From positions 1-64,000 of the IMG/VR virus record IMGVR_UViG_3300042893_000474: 64,000 bases of DNA, one strand, 5' to 3'. Position 1 is the stretch's first letter; every line of letters begins with the position of its first letter. The position numbers were made by a program, and so were the translations under genes. The stretch comes from a virus. Positions 29,401 through 38,800 of this stretch are shown here, piece by piece. The notes below the pieces were generated by a model that did not search any database, was not told the origin of the DNA, and saw only the letters and a program-made list of their open reading frames with translations.

Positions 29401-32042
29401 CTATCCTACTAAACATTAAAGACTACCGTATAATGACTGAAAACTATTTCCAAGACAAGGAAATGTTTGCTCAGTTGATTGAAAGATTTACTCCTAAAGT
29501 AAACTTTGCTTGGCAGTATAATGGGGTATCCAAGTATAATGGGTACTTAAGTATTCCAAACTCAGGAGACAAACGTAGAAGTGTTAAGTTTGGTAACTAT
29601 GCTCCTAGTGAAATTTTGAATTTTGGTCAGGGCGAAAAACCATTCCATAATAGATACAGAGAATCTAGTGTCTATTTATCTTTAAACACAACGTTTAATC
29701 ATCATCACTCAAATATTATAGATAACTCTAGATACGTAGCGTCAGAGCATAATAAATCTCTACCTACTGACATAGATGATAGTAGAACGACAAGAGCATA
29801 CTATGGTTCTGTAAAAGTCTATAGACCAAACCAATATGGTCCATTAACAAATTTACGCTACCTCTCTACTGGATACTCAGTAGACATAAACATCAATCCT
29901 AATAACGGGTTAGGTCAAATGCAAGAAACATACTATCCTGCATTTGGAGGAGATACATTTATCAATGCCTTTGCTTTAAAACGTAAGCATGCATTTTTCC
30001 GTCAAAACTTAGCAGGTAAGCCAGATGATATCCCATTTAACTATTACTTGTTTCCTAACTTAGGATACCCTAGTCACTTTTATGGATACAATGCTGCCGC
30101 TCAAGACATAGAAGCAGTTCTAAAAGACCAGTTGGACGACTTTCTTATTTGGGCATTAGTAGCAGCTGGTCTTGCAGGAGCCGCAGCTATATTTGGAGAT
30201 GGTATTGCTGTAGGAGAAATAGCATTTGCTGCTTTAACTACAGGGTTTAAGTTAGCTACTTTAAATGTAGTATCCGACTTATTGGCTTCTACTAAACCTT
30301 ATGTATTTTTAGATCAAGATGAAACATTTGCAAACACTTGGTTAAGTATTGGAGTAGGTGGAACATACTTCTATTATAAGGGTATGATTTATTTATTCTC
30401 TTACGGTCTTCCTATTTTCTTTGTTGAGTCTGACGTAAACGTAGATTTCCGTCATGGAAGAAATGACAAAGAAGAAAATTTCTATGGGGCTAAAGAACTT
30501 GGAGAAGTTCCTGACGCATGGTTGCAAGAAGTAAACGTACCTATCAAGTACGATAACTTCTATTTTTATAACTCTACTTACTCCGCTCAAAATGTAATTA
30601 ACCCTAATTTCCCTTACAATGAAAATTACCCAGAACTTTATTGCGAAACTGACCTATACAATAGAGTAGTGTATTCAGATGCAGCAGGTAGATATGGTAA
30701 AGGGGATCCTTGGTTAAACTTTAGAAGAGGTAACTTCTACGACTTTCCTAAAACTCATGGTAGGTTAATAGCTTTAAATGGAGTAGAGAATGGAAAAGTA
30801 TATGCTCGTTTTGAAAACAACACTAAAGTCTACAATGCTATAATCACACTAGACAGTAACAATCCAATTGCTATGGAGATTGGAGATGCTAGTATGTTTA
30901 AACAAAAGCCTATTGAGATGTCTACTGCAGACATTGGATATTTAGGTACACAGCATAAAGCTTTTATAAAGACAACGCATGGTGGATTCTGGGTAGACGC
31001 TCGTAGAGGACATGTGTACCAAGTAACTAGTGGGGGTATTGATGAGATTTCTTTAAAAGGTTCTATGCAGTGGTTTAAAGAACATCTTCCATTTAAGATT
31101 CTTAAAGACTTCCCTGACTTTCCAGTAGATAACAACTACAAAGGAATTGGTATTACTATGGGTTGGGATGAACGTTTCCATAGAATGTTCTTAACTAAAC
31201 TTGATTATCGGGTAAAAGAACAATACAGAGGATTAGTTACCTATGAAAATAAAAGGTTCTTCTACAATGATACTGAAATTGAGTTTGCTGATTTAACTTA
31301 TTTTGAGAATCACTCATACACAATTTCTTATAGTGTGTTATTGAAATCTTGGATTTCTTTCCACTCTTTCTTACCTAACGCTTATGTCTCTTTTATTGAT
31401 CACTTTCAGACAGTAACACAGACAGGCACTTGGAATCATAACTTATCTCCTCTTACTTATCAGACTTACTATAATCGTTTTTACCCTTATGTTATTGAGT
31501 ATGCTGTAAACAATGCTCCCAATACTCATATGGTAAACTCAGTTACTTATAATCAAGATATTCATAAGTACTATAATAGAAACGATTACTATTCACTAGG
31601 CTCTTACAATGATAAGAACACACCTAACTTTACTAAAGCTATAGTTTATAACAAAGAGCAGACTTCAGGATTAGTTAACTTAATTGCACAGATTCCGAAT
31701 GATGCTCGTCAACGTTTGTTATACCCAAGGGTAAGTAGATTTGGAACAGAAGTTCTTTTGACTAAAAAAGATCTTAAGAATAACTTTAATGGATTCTGGG
31801 ATGCTACTAATAACAAAGAAAATTTCCAAACTTTATTCAGTACTAAATGGGAAGATTTAAGTGCAGACTACCCTATTGATAAAGTAGTAAATCCAAAAGC
31901 TGTTATAACTACAACTAGACTTTCAGGCAAACAAAAGATTCGTTCTACGTTCTGTAAGATTAGACTTATTCAAGATAAGTTTAATCGTTATAAGTTCATT
32001 AACAACTTACAATTAACCCAAACCACAAACTCCATAACATGA
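26448..32042 (+). CDS. tail stabilisation (muzzle) protein with Cys-rich insertion
   Basis: 1864 aa; KGLNLD start, GQLKAGNYQF, YQRDEVYAFGI, FGGDTFI, WISFHSFLP motifs. Confidence 0.8.
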   Translation: MEIKGNQNTKGLNLDSVNWQVEGSQLTWALNANIMSHDGNTFTYTNEMSNQICVDFSSFKNGYRINGLLNIVEQNKVIVFLVGPDGKGEIGVITNNGLDCVELDSVETDCGCVGGKVIKDTVVKATTTITSNSSTCFYGIIYETIDDGSGTNVSNYGFNYADCNGNKVSGNTSSLVFKTVEQWYIELGYTSYPTINPIYLNQVVSVICYDSIATIDYINELGVASSNVSPLQHPTPLLYDTLPCANTVVEKTCCDYEPILIDECCQDCCQDCYTVTLETFNTSIPLGGSTGQVVIEYTDCNGIVRGIETPNNTFEGYGSFNMIKDSWRVIQRGKPGVDVRIVSEQVFSTGNCTPCLNPAPENCCLNFDIDYPIYATYRVDQCETRVYFVQKNNPPRYLSLEFPLNRDSCGEAQDCGGKKLVTKKTCKELNIFPDTCHPKVTPTRVSNGGQLKAGNYQFSIAYTDDEGAELTDYFDFCQPIPIFEKKLTNLTDYQTNYAITVQIDHKVNIFDYFNLVVAETIQNGTTNYHLIGRYRVQKQYLTDSIVYTGEYKSSFSSISPLIRTPYYKNGGIVENQNDILMIADLEREYQYNFQPFANKLKLLWETVKMPHGDKWDYSNPEVVHMFRTYQRDEVYAFGIKFKLKTGKYTEVFHIPGRAKSAALGDTTSVPITSTDYFIEDGDCLDVAAPKEKWEIYNTAGQGQTFIPNNPTELEKQFSCAIFNDKRGEFAYWESKELYPCNEEIWDEDAYGNTLSGKPIRFHKFPDSLVSHIHDGLFNAGNVFPSFDKTSNIFPIGVRVDEDAFNNLLNTLTIANPGNPSMPFYAKDLICGFELVYATRVGHKSVVAKGLLYDVGKYRTDDGSKEYYYPNYPFNDINWRGSSSVSDPYLRTSGDWYKKQDRRNKNENLGDFSHNGFVDNNIINYKHSRFTFHSPDTHFSYPKIGSELKLETLEIGSVMGHFVEVDEHSKIKLYTDKIQTVSNLLSILLNIKDYRIMTENYFQDKEMFAQLIERFTPKVNFAWQYNGVSKYNGYLSIPNSGDKRRSVKFGNYAPSEILNFGQGEKPFHNRYRESSVYLSLNTTFNHHHSNIIDNSRYVASEHNKSLPTDIDDSRTTRAYYGSVKVYRPNQYGPLTNLRYLSTGYSVDININPNNGLGQMQETYYPAFGGDTFINAFALKRKHAFFRQNLAGKPDDIPFNYYLFPNLGYPSHFYGYNAAAQDIEAVLKDQLDDFLIWALVAAGLAGAAAIFGDGIAVGEIAFAALTTGFKLATLNVVSDLLASTKPYVFLDQDETFANTWLSIGVGGTYFYYKGMIYLFSYGLPIFFVESDVNVDFRHGRNDKEENFYGAKELGEVPDAWLQEVNVPIKYDNFYFYNSTYSAQNVINPNFPYNENYPELYCETDLYNRVVYSDAAGRYGKGDPWLNFRRGNFYDFPKTHGRLIALNGVENGKVYARFENNTKVYNAIITLDSNNPIAMEIGDASMFKQKPIEMSTADIGYLGTQHKAFIKTTHGGFWVDARRGHVYQVTSGGIDEISLKGSMQWFKEHLPFKILKDFPDFPVDNNYKGIGITMGWDERFHRMFLTKLDYRVKEQYRGLVTYENKRFFYNDTEIEFADLTYFENHSYTISYSVLLKSWISFHSFLPNAYVSFIDHFQTVTQTGTWNHNLSPLTYQTYYNRFYPYVIEYAVNNAPNTHMVNSVTYNQDIHKYYNRNDYYSLGSYNDKNTPNFTKAIVYNKEQTSGLVNLIAQIPNDARQRLLYPRVSRFGTEVLLTKKDLKNNFNGFWDATNNKENFQTLFSTKWEDLSADYPIDKVVNPKAVITTTRLSGKQKIRSTFCKIRLIQDKFNRYKFINNLQLTQTTNSIT

Positions 32043-32416
32043 CACCAGAAGTAATTAGCTCAGTAAAACCCGAAGTGGTTTTAGGGCAGATGTTCCAGTC
32101 TAGAGATATGATGCACATTGCACATTTTCAAACTACATCTTACGCACAGCACACTACCTTACAAAAGTATTACGAAGGAATTCTAGAACTTGCAGACGAG
32201 ATAACAGAAGTATACTTTGGTTGTCTAGGAAAAAGGTTAAACTTTAAAATCCCTTCTGCTGATTATATGAATCCTGAGACACACTTAAAGCAGTTTAAGG
32301 AGTACATAAAAAAGCATAGAACTGTTTTTGGTTCTGATAGAACAGATGTACAAAATCTTATAGATGAGTTAATCGCTTTAATCAATAAGACATTATATTT
32401 GCTTAGCTTAACTTAA
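32039..32416 (+). CDS. ferritin/Dps-like four-helix protein
   Basis: HIAHF...SYAQH...YYE...ADEITE pattern. Confidence 0.7.
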   Translation: MTPEVISSVKPEVVLGQMFQSRDMMHIAHFQTTSYAQHTTLQKYYEGILELADEITEVYFGCLGKRLNFKIPSADYMNPETHLKQFKEYIKKHRTVFGSDRTDVQNLIDELIALINKTLYLLSLT

Positions 32417-32427
32417 TTATTAGTATT

Positions 32428-32670
32428 ATGAATAACTCTAGTCTAAAAGATATGTACTATGCCAAAAAAGGTATGGTAATGAAAAAAGGCGGTAAGTGGA
32501 TACAAAAAGCTGTTTCTAAAAATCCAGGTTCTTTTACTGCACAAGCTAAACGTGCTGGTATGACTACAAGTGCATTCAGAGAAAAAGTATTATCTAATAA
32601 AGAAAAGTTTTCATCAACTACAGTAAAGAGAGCTAACCTAGCTAAAACTTTATCTAAAATGAAAAAGTAA
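32428..32670 (+). CDS. small basic internal virion protein
   Basis: K-rich; KKGG motif; WIQKA...RANLAKTL. Confidence 0.6.
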   Translation: MNNSSLKDMYYAKKGMVMKKGGKWIQKAVSKNPGSFTAQAKRAGMTTSAFREKVLSNKEKFSSTTVKRANLAKTLSKMKK

Positions 32671-33905
32671 TGAAGTCATCTCTATTTGAACACTACAAAA
32701 AAAAGTATGCTATAGGAGGTAAAACTCCCGTACGTAAAACTGGTATGTGGTATCAGAATGGTGACGTAGTTGTTCCTTCTAGTGAGATTACCATGAAGGG
32801 TCCTAACGGAGAAAAGGATTATTTTGATTCTCCTATAATGGGTATTGGTATGCTTTCAGGAGACACTCAAGTAATGCAGCCTGGACAAGACTATTCATTC
32901 CCCAATGACAATGCAGTTTATGAAAAGAAAATGCAAATAGGAGCTAAAGTAAAGAATGAAAACATGACTCCTGAACAGCAAGCACGTTTTAATTCTTACC
33001 TAAAAAGTTCAGATTCCAGAAATATAAAAACTCCTGAATGGTTAGAATTATCTTCAGGTGCTACTAACTATGCTCGTAGATTAAATCGGATGAGTCAACA
33101 AGAACTCATAGGTATGCCTGGTGATATTTCTCAAAATGTAAATAATGCTTTTAGACAAGGTATTGATTACTCTCTTAATGTTCCCACAAGTGCAGGTCAA
33201 TTTAGTACCGAAGGTTCTTATAACCCATTTGGCGAGAACACAGTACAAGACATGTATAGTGGATTAACCTACACAAAAAACTTACCAAAAGGTTCTATTA
33301 GAATTAGTCCTGAAGAACAAAAGTTAACTTATAGAGGAAAAAAAGGAAACGTAAGTTATAAGAAAAAGATGTCTGACGAAGAACAAATATCTGAACTAGC
33401 TTTTAACTTAAATTTTTTACCAGAAAGTCTTAGCATTTATGGAGGAGGCAAAACATCTAACGGTCTTCTTTCTGCCACAGGTAAGGATCCTAAATTTCAA
33501 GTAAACGATAACTACAATATCAACGCAGGTGTTCGAGGCGATATAGGTCCTTTGTCTTATGATGTAAGTGGTAACTATAATCCTGAAACAGGTTATCGTT
33601 ATAATGCAGATGCACAGTTATCTCTACTTAAAGATAGATTACAGTTATCAGGTAATGTCGAAGGAAGTCAAGAACTAGGGTTAGAGTCTATATCTGCAGA
33701 AGCAAGAGCTAAAATATTAAAGAACTTAAATGTAAAAGCTGGCTACAGACAAAGTGGCAATAACCCAAGTTCTTATAATATTGGTTTAAGTTACAACAAA
33801 GCTTTTGGACAAGGAGGTATGTCCATACCAGGAGTTAATGGAAGTGTTATAGCTTCTGCACCAATGACTTTACAGAAGCAGTATAAAAATAAAAATAAGA
33901 AATGA
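32670..33905 (+). CDS. internal/cargo protein with beta-barrel-like segment
   Basis: YAIGG/MQIGA/FGQGG motifs flank an amphipathic beta-strand region. Confidence 0.6.
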   Translation: MKSSLFEHYKKKYAIGGKTPVRKTGMWYQNGDVVVPSSEITMKGPNGEKDYFDSPIMGIGMLSGDTQVMQPGQDYSFPNDNAVYEKKMQIGAKVKNENMTPEQQARFNSYLKSSDSRNIKTPEWLELSSGATNYARRLNRMSQQELIGMPGDISQNVNNAFRQGIDYSLNVPTSAGQFSTEGSYNPFGENTVQDMYSGLTYTKNLPKGSIRISPEEQKLTYRGKKGNVSYKKKMSDEEQISELAFNLNFLPESLSIYGGGKTSNGLLSATGKDPKFQVNDNYNINAGVRGDIGPLSYDVSGNYNPETGYRYNADAQLSLLKDRLQLSGNVEGSQELGLESISAEARAKILKNLNVKAGYRQSGNNPSSYNIGLSYNKAFGQGGMSIPGVNGSVIASAPMTLQKQYKNKNKK

Positions 33906-35551
33906 AAAAACAGATGATAAAACGGGCTGATGGTTCATATTCACAAAGAGGTCTTTGGGATAACATCCGTGCAAATCGTGGTAGTGGTAAGAAACCTACT
34001 GCTCAGATGCTTAAACAAGAACGTAAGATTAAATCTAACATGGCTGAGGGAGGTGTAAACAATCCTGGATTCCAAGCATTGCCAGGATACGTTCAAGCTA
34101 AAATTAGAGCTAATATGCAAGAGGGAGGAATGACAGGTTCCCCTATTGTAGATATGATTAATAATCAATCTCAGATGCCTATGATGCAAATGGGAGGAAA
34201 TATGCCTCAAACTAGTGCAGGTCGTTCTGTACTTCAAGAAGCTATGGCAATGAGTACAATGCAGATGGGAGGTAAAATGCCTGCTGATATTGCACGTGCT
34301 CGTTTTATGGCTGCTGCTAATGGTGATGCCTCTAAAGCAAAAGAAACTGCTTCTAAGTATGGATACAAAATGCAAAATGGTGCTTTGAACTTAATGGGAG
34401 TTCCTAACATGAATGCAGGCACACCAGGGTTTGATTTTGCAAAAGCTTCTGCATATGCCACTGCACCTAAAGAAGAAGTTCCTACTGATATAGAGAGAAT
34501 GCAAGCTGTAGACATTAAAAAGAAACGTTCTTTTATGGATAGAGTAAAAGGCAATGTAAGAAGGGCAGGAAGAGCTGTTGGATTAGGTAGCCCTGTTCCT
34601 AAGACAGACTCTCAGCAAGTAATGGATGAAGTGATTGGTCAAGTTAGAGCAGACGAACAAGCACGTATAAAATCTAACGCACCTACTACTGCCGAGACAA
34701 GTAGAACTGCATTTAATAAAATTAAATCTGGCGATGTGTCAATGAAAAATATAGGTGACTATATGGAAGGTTTTGGTACTTATTTAAATGCAAGTAGCGA
34801 CAGAAATGTAGTAACTGATTTATTTGATATTACGGCAACAGGAGCAGCAGCAGTTGGTGCTGGTAATGCAGCAAATAATATTCTACAAACTAAACAAGCT
34901 GCACAACTAGCAATGCAATCTCCTGTTGGTAAAGCATTAGATTTAGTAAACCCACTTAGTATTGGAGCTAATTTAGTTTCAGGTACTGCAGATGCAATGG
35001 GAGAATTATCTGAAGGTAATTATGGAGAAGCTACTGGAGTTGCTGCTAAGACAGCAGCACTTGCTGCTTTAAAAGGTAAAGCAGGAAATGTATCTAAAAA
35101 TGCCCTAGGCAGAACAGCTAGTGCTATAAATAGAACTAAAGTAGGAAGTGCTGCAAGTAACGCTATTGGTTCTGCTACTAGACATGGAGTAGGACATCAA
35201 CTTGAGCATGCAGGACAACACATGTTACTCTCTCCTCTCCTAGCACATAAGAATGGAGGTACTATCCAAGATATGTACTATATGAAGAAGGGTGGACAGT
35301 TCCCAGACCGTTATAAGAAGATGGGATTTAGCGGAGTAGACAAACCTAAAAGAACTACAAGCGGAGGTAAGAGTCATGCAGTAGTTACTAAGGTTGATGG
35401 CAATTATAAATTAATTCGTTTTGGTCAAGCAGGTGTAACAGGAGATAGAACTAATACTAAGCGAGCAGCATCTTTTAAATCACGTCACGCAAAGAATATA
35501 GCTAAAGGTAAATCTTCAGCTGCATACTGGGCTAATAAAGTAAAATGGTAA
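33902..35551 (+). CDS. modular internal/cargo protein with MxxGG repeats
   Basis: Multiple MxxGG motifs; Ala/Gly-rich centre; basic C-terminal domain KLIRFGQ...SAAYWA. Confidence 0.65.
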   Translation: MKKQMIKRADGSYSQRGLWDNIRANRGSGKKPTAQMLKQERKIKSNMAEGGVNNPGFQALPGYVQAKIRANMQEGGMTGSPIVDMINNQSQMPMMQMGGNMPQTSAGRSVLQEAMAMSTMQMGGKMPADIARARFMAAANGDASKAKETASKYGYKMQNGALNLMGVPNMNAGTPGFDFAKASAYATAPKEEVPTDIERMQAVDIKKKRSFMDRVKGNVRRAGRAVGLGSPVPKTDSQQVMDEVIGQVRADEQARIKSNAPTTAETSRTAFNKIKSGDVSMKNIGDYMEGFGTYLNASSDRNVVTDLFDITATGAAAVGAGNAANNILQTKQAAQLAMQSPVGKALDLVNPLSIGANLVSGTADAMGELSEGNYGEATGVAAKTAALAALKGKAGNVSKNALGRTASAINRTKVGSAASNAIGSATRHGVGHQLEHAGQHMLLSPLLAHKNGGTIQDMYYMKKGGQFPDRYKKMGFSGVDKPKRTTSGGKSHAVVTKVDGNYKLIRFGQAGVTGDRTNTKRAASFKSRHAKNIAKGKSSAAYWANKVKW

Positions 35552-35552
35552 T

Positions 35553-35705
35553 ATGGCAACTAAAAAAACAACCAAAGTAGTTTCTAACTCTGCTTCATTT
35601 AAAGAGAAGTCTAAAGTTAGTCGCCCTGGAGTTCATGCTAAAACTAAATCTTCTAAGTTAAAGCAGAGTAAGAACTATCAGAAAGCTTCGAGGGGTCAAG
35701 GTTAG
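35553..35705 (+). CDS. 50-aa highly basic protein (not in ORF track)
   Basis: MATKKTTKVVSNSASFKEKSKVSRPGVHAKTKSSKLKQSKNYQKASRGQG, starting 1 nt after the previous stop. Confidence 0.65.
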   Translation: MATKKTTKVVSNSASFKEKSKVSRPGVHAKTKSSKLKQSKNYQKASRGQG

Positions 35706-35712
35706 TATACTC

Positions 35713-35742
35713 TTGATTTTTATTGTTAATAGAGTATATTTG
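35713..35742 (+). promoter_or_regulatory. Bacteroidota-type promoter for cargo/RNAP genes
   Basis: TTG 35713-35715, 19-nt spacer, TATATTTG 35735-35742. Confidence 0.75.
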
Positions 35743-35803
35743 TATTTAAACTTTTTAAGTGCAAGTATATTTAACTTACAAAGTTAATTAATATTTAAAG
35801 TTA

Positions 35804-38797
35804 ATGAATACTGGAAAAAATAGAGTTAAAGGATTAAAGACTGAGCTTTTTAAGAAAAAGTATCAGACTAACCCTGTAGTAAATAACCCAACGAATCAGT
35901 TAGAGGGTAGGACTTTGTCAGACATGGTTACTGACAAAACTAAAGAATTTGAAGAAAAGTTAGCAACTCAACAAGCATACTTTAGTAGATACCCTTTAAA
36001 AATAAACAGTCCTAAGAAATATACTCCAGAAGAAATTAAGGCAATGCGTGAAGCATTTCCAATGTCTTCAGATGATTTTCAAACAGCTAATAGTTATGGG
36101 ATTACAGGAATTCCTGATTTAATGCAAGGGCAAGATGTTAACGATATTCGTACTCAAGATCAGATATTAGGACAAACTGAACTCCTCACTTCTACTCCAA
36201 AGTCACTCCAAAATTTCCAAGACCCTAACTTCAATGAAAGAGTAAAGGCAGCCTCAGAAGAATCTCTTAACGCTAAACCTAGTTCTGATAGTAATTGGAA
36301 AGATATGTTTCGTGATACTGATTGGAGAAATGTAATTCGCACAGGTACAGGGCTTGTTTCTGCTACAAAAGGAATTTATGATGATGTCCAAACAAGAGGA
36401 GACATAAACCAACGTATTCAAAATTTAAATGACCGTCCTCGTTATATGCCTAACGAATATGAGTATATGGGAAGACCAGGAAGCCAGAGTGTAATTTATG
36501 CTAAAGATGGTGCTATGATTCGTAGAGGCACAGAGTCAGGTGCAGAGGAAGCAGAGCTAGAACGTGGTGAAATGTTTATGTTGCCTAACATGGATAGTTA
36601 TGTAGTAGGAGGAAAGAAGCACTCACAAGGTGGAGAAGACTTTGTTTTGCCTGAAGGCACTATTGTATTCTCTGACCACTTAAAAGTTCCAGGATTAAAA
36701 AATACTTTTGCACAAGAAGCAAAAAAGTTTGATATAACTAAATACAAGGATACCCTTGAGAATCCCCATAGCAAGTCTGTAGATAGAACTACTGCTGAGG
36801 TTATGATGGATAGGAATATGAAAAAGCTCCAAGAGTTATTTCAGATTCAACAAGGTATTAATGGTGACTCTAATGGAGAGATGGAAGCTGAAGGTATTAA
36901 AAAAGGACAAAAAGGTTTAGTTAGTGTAGGATCCGTAGTTGCAGCAAACCAACCTCAAACTGCTTCTATGGCTCTCACTCCTGAGCAACAAAAAGAATAC
37001 TATCATAATCAAGGGATGTTTGATAACCCTAGCTATACATATGAAAATCGAGTAAAAAAAGCTTTTCCTGAAAAGTTTTCAAGTTGGAAAGAACAAGACT
37101 TGAGTATTGTAGCAGATGAGGCTGATGCATTAACTAAACAGATACAAGATAGAGTTCAAGCTGCAGAAAATAATAGAGTAGCAGCACAAGCAAACCCTAA
37201 TCCCTCTGGTACTTTAGGAGCAAACCCAGTAACAGTAGCAAATAGTGCAACCGAACAAGTTAATAAAACGGCTGACCCTAGTGCTGCAGGAACTGTAACC
37301 AATTCAAATGCAACAGATCCTTCTTCAATGCATTACAAAACTTTACCTAATGGTAAAAAAGTATTTGTAGAAGGTCAAGGAGAATTTAAAGGAAAAAGTT
37401 ATAGAGACCAGTACGGAGGAGATGTATTTAACTTAGTTAGAAACAGATTAAATGAATACGGAGAAACTTTAAACCCTACTCTTTTATCTGCTTACCAACT
37501 ACAGATTAAGGATAAGAATTTAATGGTAAAAGACTCTAACCAACTTGTAGATATTATGGAATCAGGAAACCATTCTTTAGATTCTATGAGACAATTCTAC
37601 AAAGGTATTGGCATGGAGGATGCTTTGTTTAATCCTGAGTTAGACAGATCTAAAGATGGTAATGAAAGTCAAAAGAAAACAGCTCAATTATTTGCAGACT
37701 ATGTTAAAAGTCCTCAGTACCTAGCGGATGTTAAAGCAGGTAAAGCGTCTCCTTATATTCCTTGGTTAAAGACTCAACCAAAAGAAGTTAAAAATGCTAA
37801 AGGAGAAGTAACAGGATATACTTTAGACGCTCCTGAGATGAGTCAGGAGTTTACTCAAAAATATCAAGCAGCTTACAAAGCTTTTGGGGCAGTTAAACAA
37901 ACACAGAAAGGAAAGTCCACAGACATGCTGAAAGGTTTTAGGATTGCTCCTGAAGGACTTTCGGATCACATGTGGATGGGACTTCCTATATCTCCTGTAG
38001 ATGAATGGGGAGGTAATACAACAATTGGGCAGATTAGTGCTTTTGAAGATGAAGAACCTAAAAAACCTACAAAACCTCCAGGAACTCCAGTAAAAACTAC
38101 TGATAATGGAAATACTTATAATACTCAATTAGAAAATGCTACTATGGGTAAGTATACTCCTGAAGGATTTGATTATCCTCAGTTAGCTCCAGAGATTTAT
38201 GGAGCAGCGGCTAGTCAAATGTTTGCTTATGCTCCTATGGATTACAATGCTCCATATGTAATGCCTCAGACTTTGAATATTCAACCTCAACTTCAAGATG
38301 TAGATAGTTCATATATGGCTGCACTTAATGCAGGGGCTGATCCTAACAGTGCATTGATTGCTACGTTAGGTGCTAAACAAAAACTATACTCAGAGAAACA
38401 AAACTTTGACGGACAACAAAGAGCACAAGTTGATCAAATAAATGCAAGTGCTAGGTGGCAAGAGGATGTTCAGGATATGCAGTCTTTAGACAAAGTATAC
38501 AATACTTTGATTGCAGGTGCTGACGATGCTGTTACAGCACAACGCCAAGCCCTAGTAAAATCTGCATCTGATAAACGTGCAGTTTGGAAAATGGAAGAAG
38601 CTAGAAAACAATTCTGGTATAACAATTTTGTTAAGAGCTTTGACTATGACCCTAAGACACGTTCTATGACTGTTAAAAAAGATGCAAGTAAAGAATTTGT
38701 TAATCAACTTAGTGCAGCTTACGGCAATGATTTTTCAATTCCAGAAGTAGATGAAACCGCCACTGCTACTTCAAATACTACAACAATAAATAATTAA
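35804..38797 (+). CDS. virion cargo (ejection) protein
   Basis: AELERGE...GKKHSQGG...VFSD motif; Cys-free; position before the RNAP module. Confidence 0.65.
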   Translation: MNTGKNRVKGLKTELFKKKYQTNPVVNNPTNQLEGRTLSDMVTDKTKEFEEKLATQQAYFSRYPLKINSPKKYTPEEIKAMREAFPMSSDDFQTANSYGITGIPDLMQGQDVNDIRTQDQILGQTELLTSTPKSLQNFQDPNFNERVKAASEESLNAKPSSDSNWKDMFRDTDWRNVIRTGTGLVSATKGIYDDVQTRGDINQRIQNLNDRPRYMPNEYEYMGRPGSQSVIYAKDGAMIRRGTESGAEEAELERGEMFMLPNMDSYVVGGKKHSQGGEDFVLPEGTIVFSDHLKVPGLKNTFAQEAKKFDITKYKDTLENPHSKSVDRTTAEVMMDRNMKKLQELFQIQQGINGDSNGEMEAEGIKKGQKGLVSVGSVVAANQPQTASMALTPEQQKEYYHNQGMFDNPSYTYENRVKKAFPEKFSSWKEQDLSIVADEADALTKQIQDRVQAAENNRVAAQANPNPSGTLGANPVTVANSATEQVNKTADPSAAGTVTNSNATDPSSMHYKTLPNGKKVFVEGQGEFKGKSYRDQYGGDVFNLVRNRLNEYGETLNPTLLSAYQLQIKDKNLMVKDSNQLVDIMESGNHSLDSMRQFYKGIGMEDALFNPELDRSKDGNESQKKTAQLFADYVKSPQYLADVKAGKASPYIPWLKTQPKEVKNAKGEVTGYTLDAPEMSQEFTQKYQAAYKAFGAVKQTQKGKSTDMLKGFRIAPEGLSDHMWMGLPISPVDEWGGNTTIGQISAFEDEEPKKPTKPPGTPVKTTDNGNTYNTQLENATMGKYTPEGFDYPQLAPEIYGAAASQMFAYAPMDYNAPYVMPQTLNIQPQLQDVDSSYMAALNAGADPNSALIATLGAKQKLYSEKQNFDGQQRAQVDQINASARWQEDVQDMQSLDKVYNTLIAGADDAVTAQRQALVKSASDKRAVWKMEEARKQFWYNNFVKSFDYDPKTRSMTVKKDASKEFVNQLSAAYGNDFSIPEVDETATATSNTTTINN

Positions 38798-38800
38798 ACT

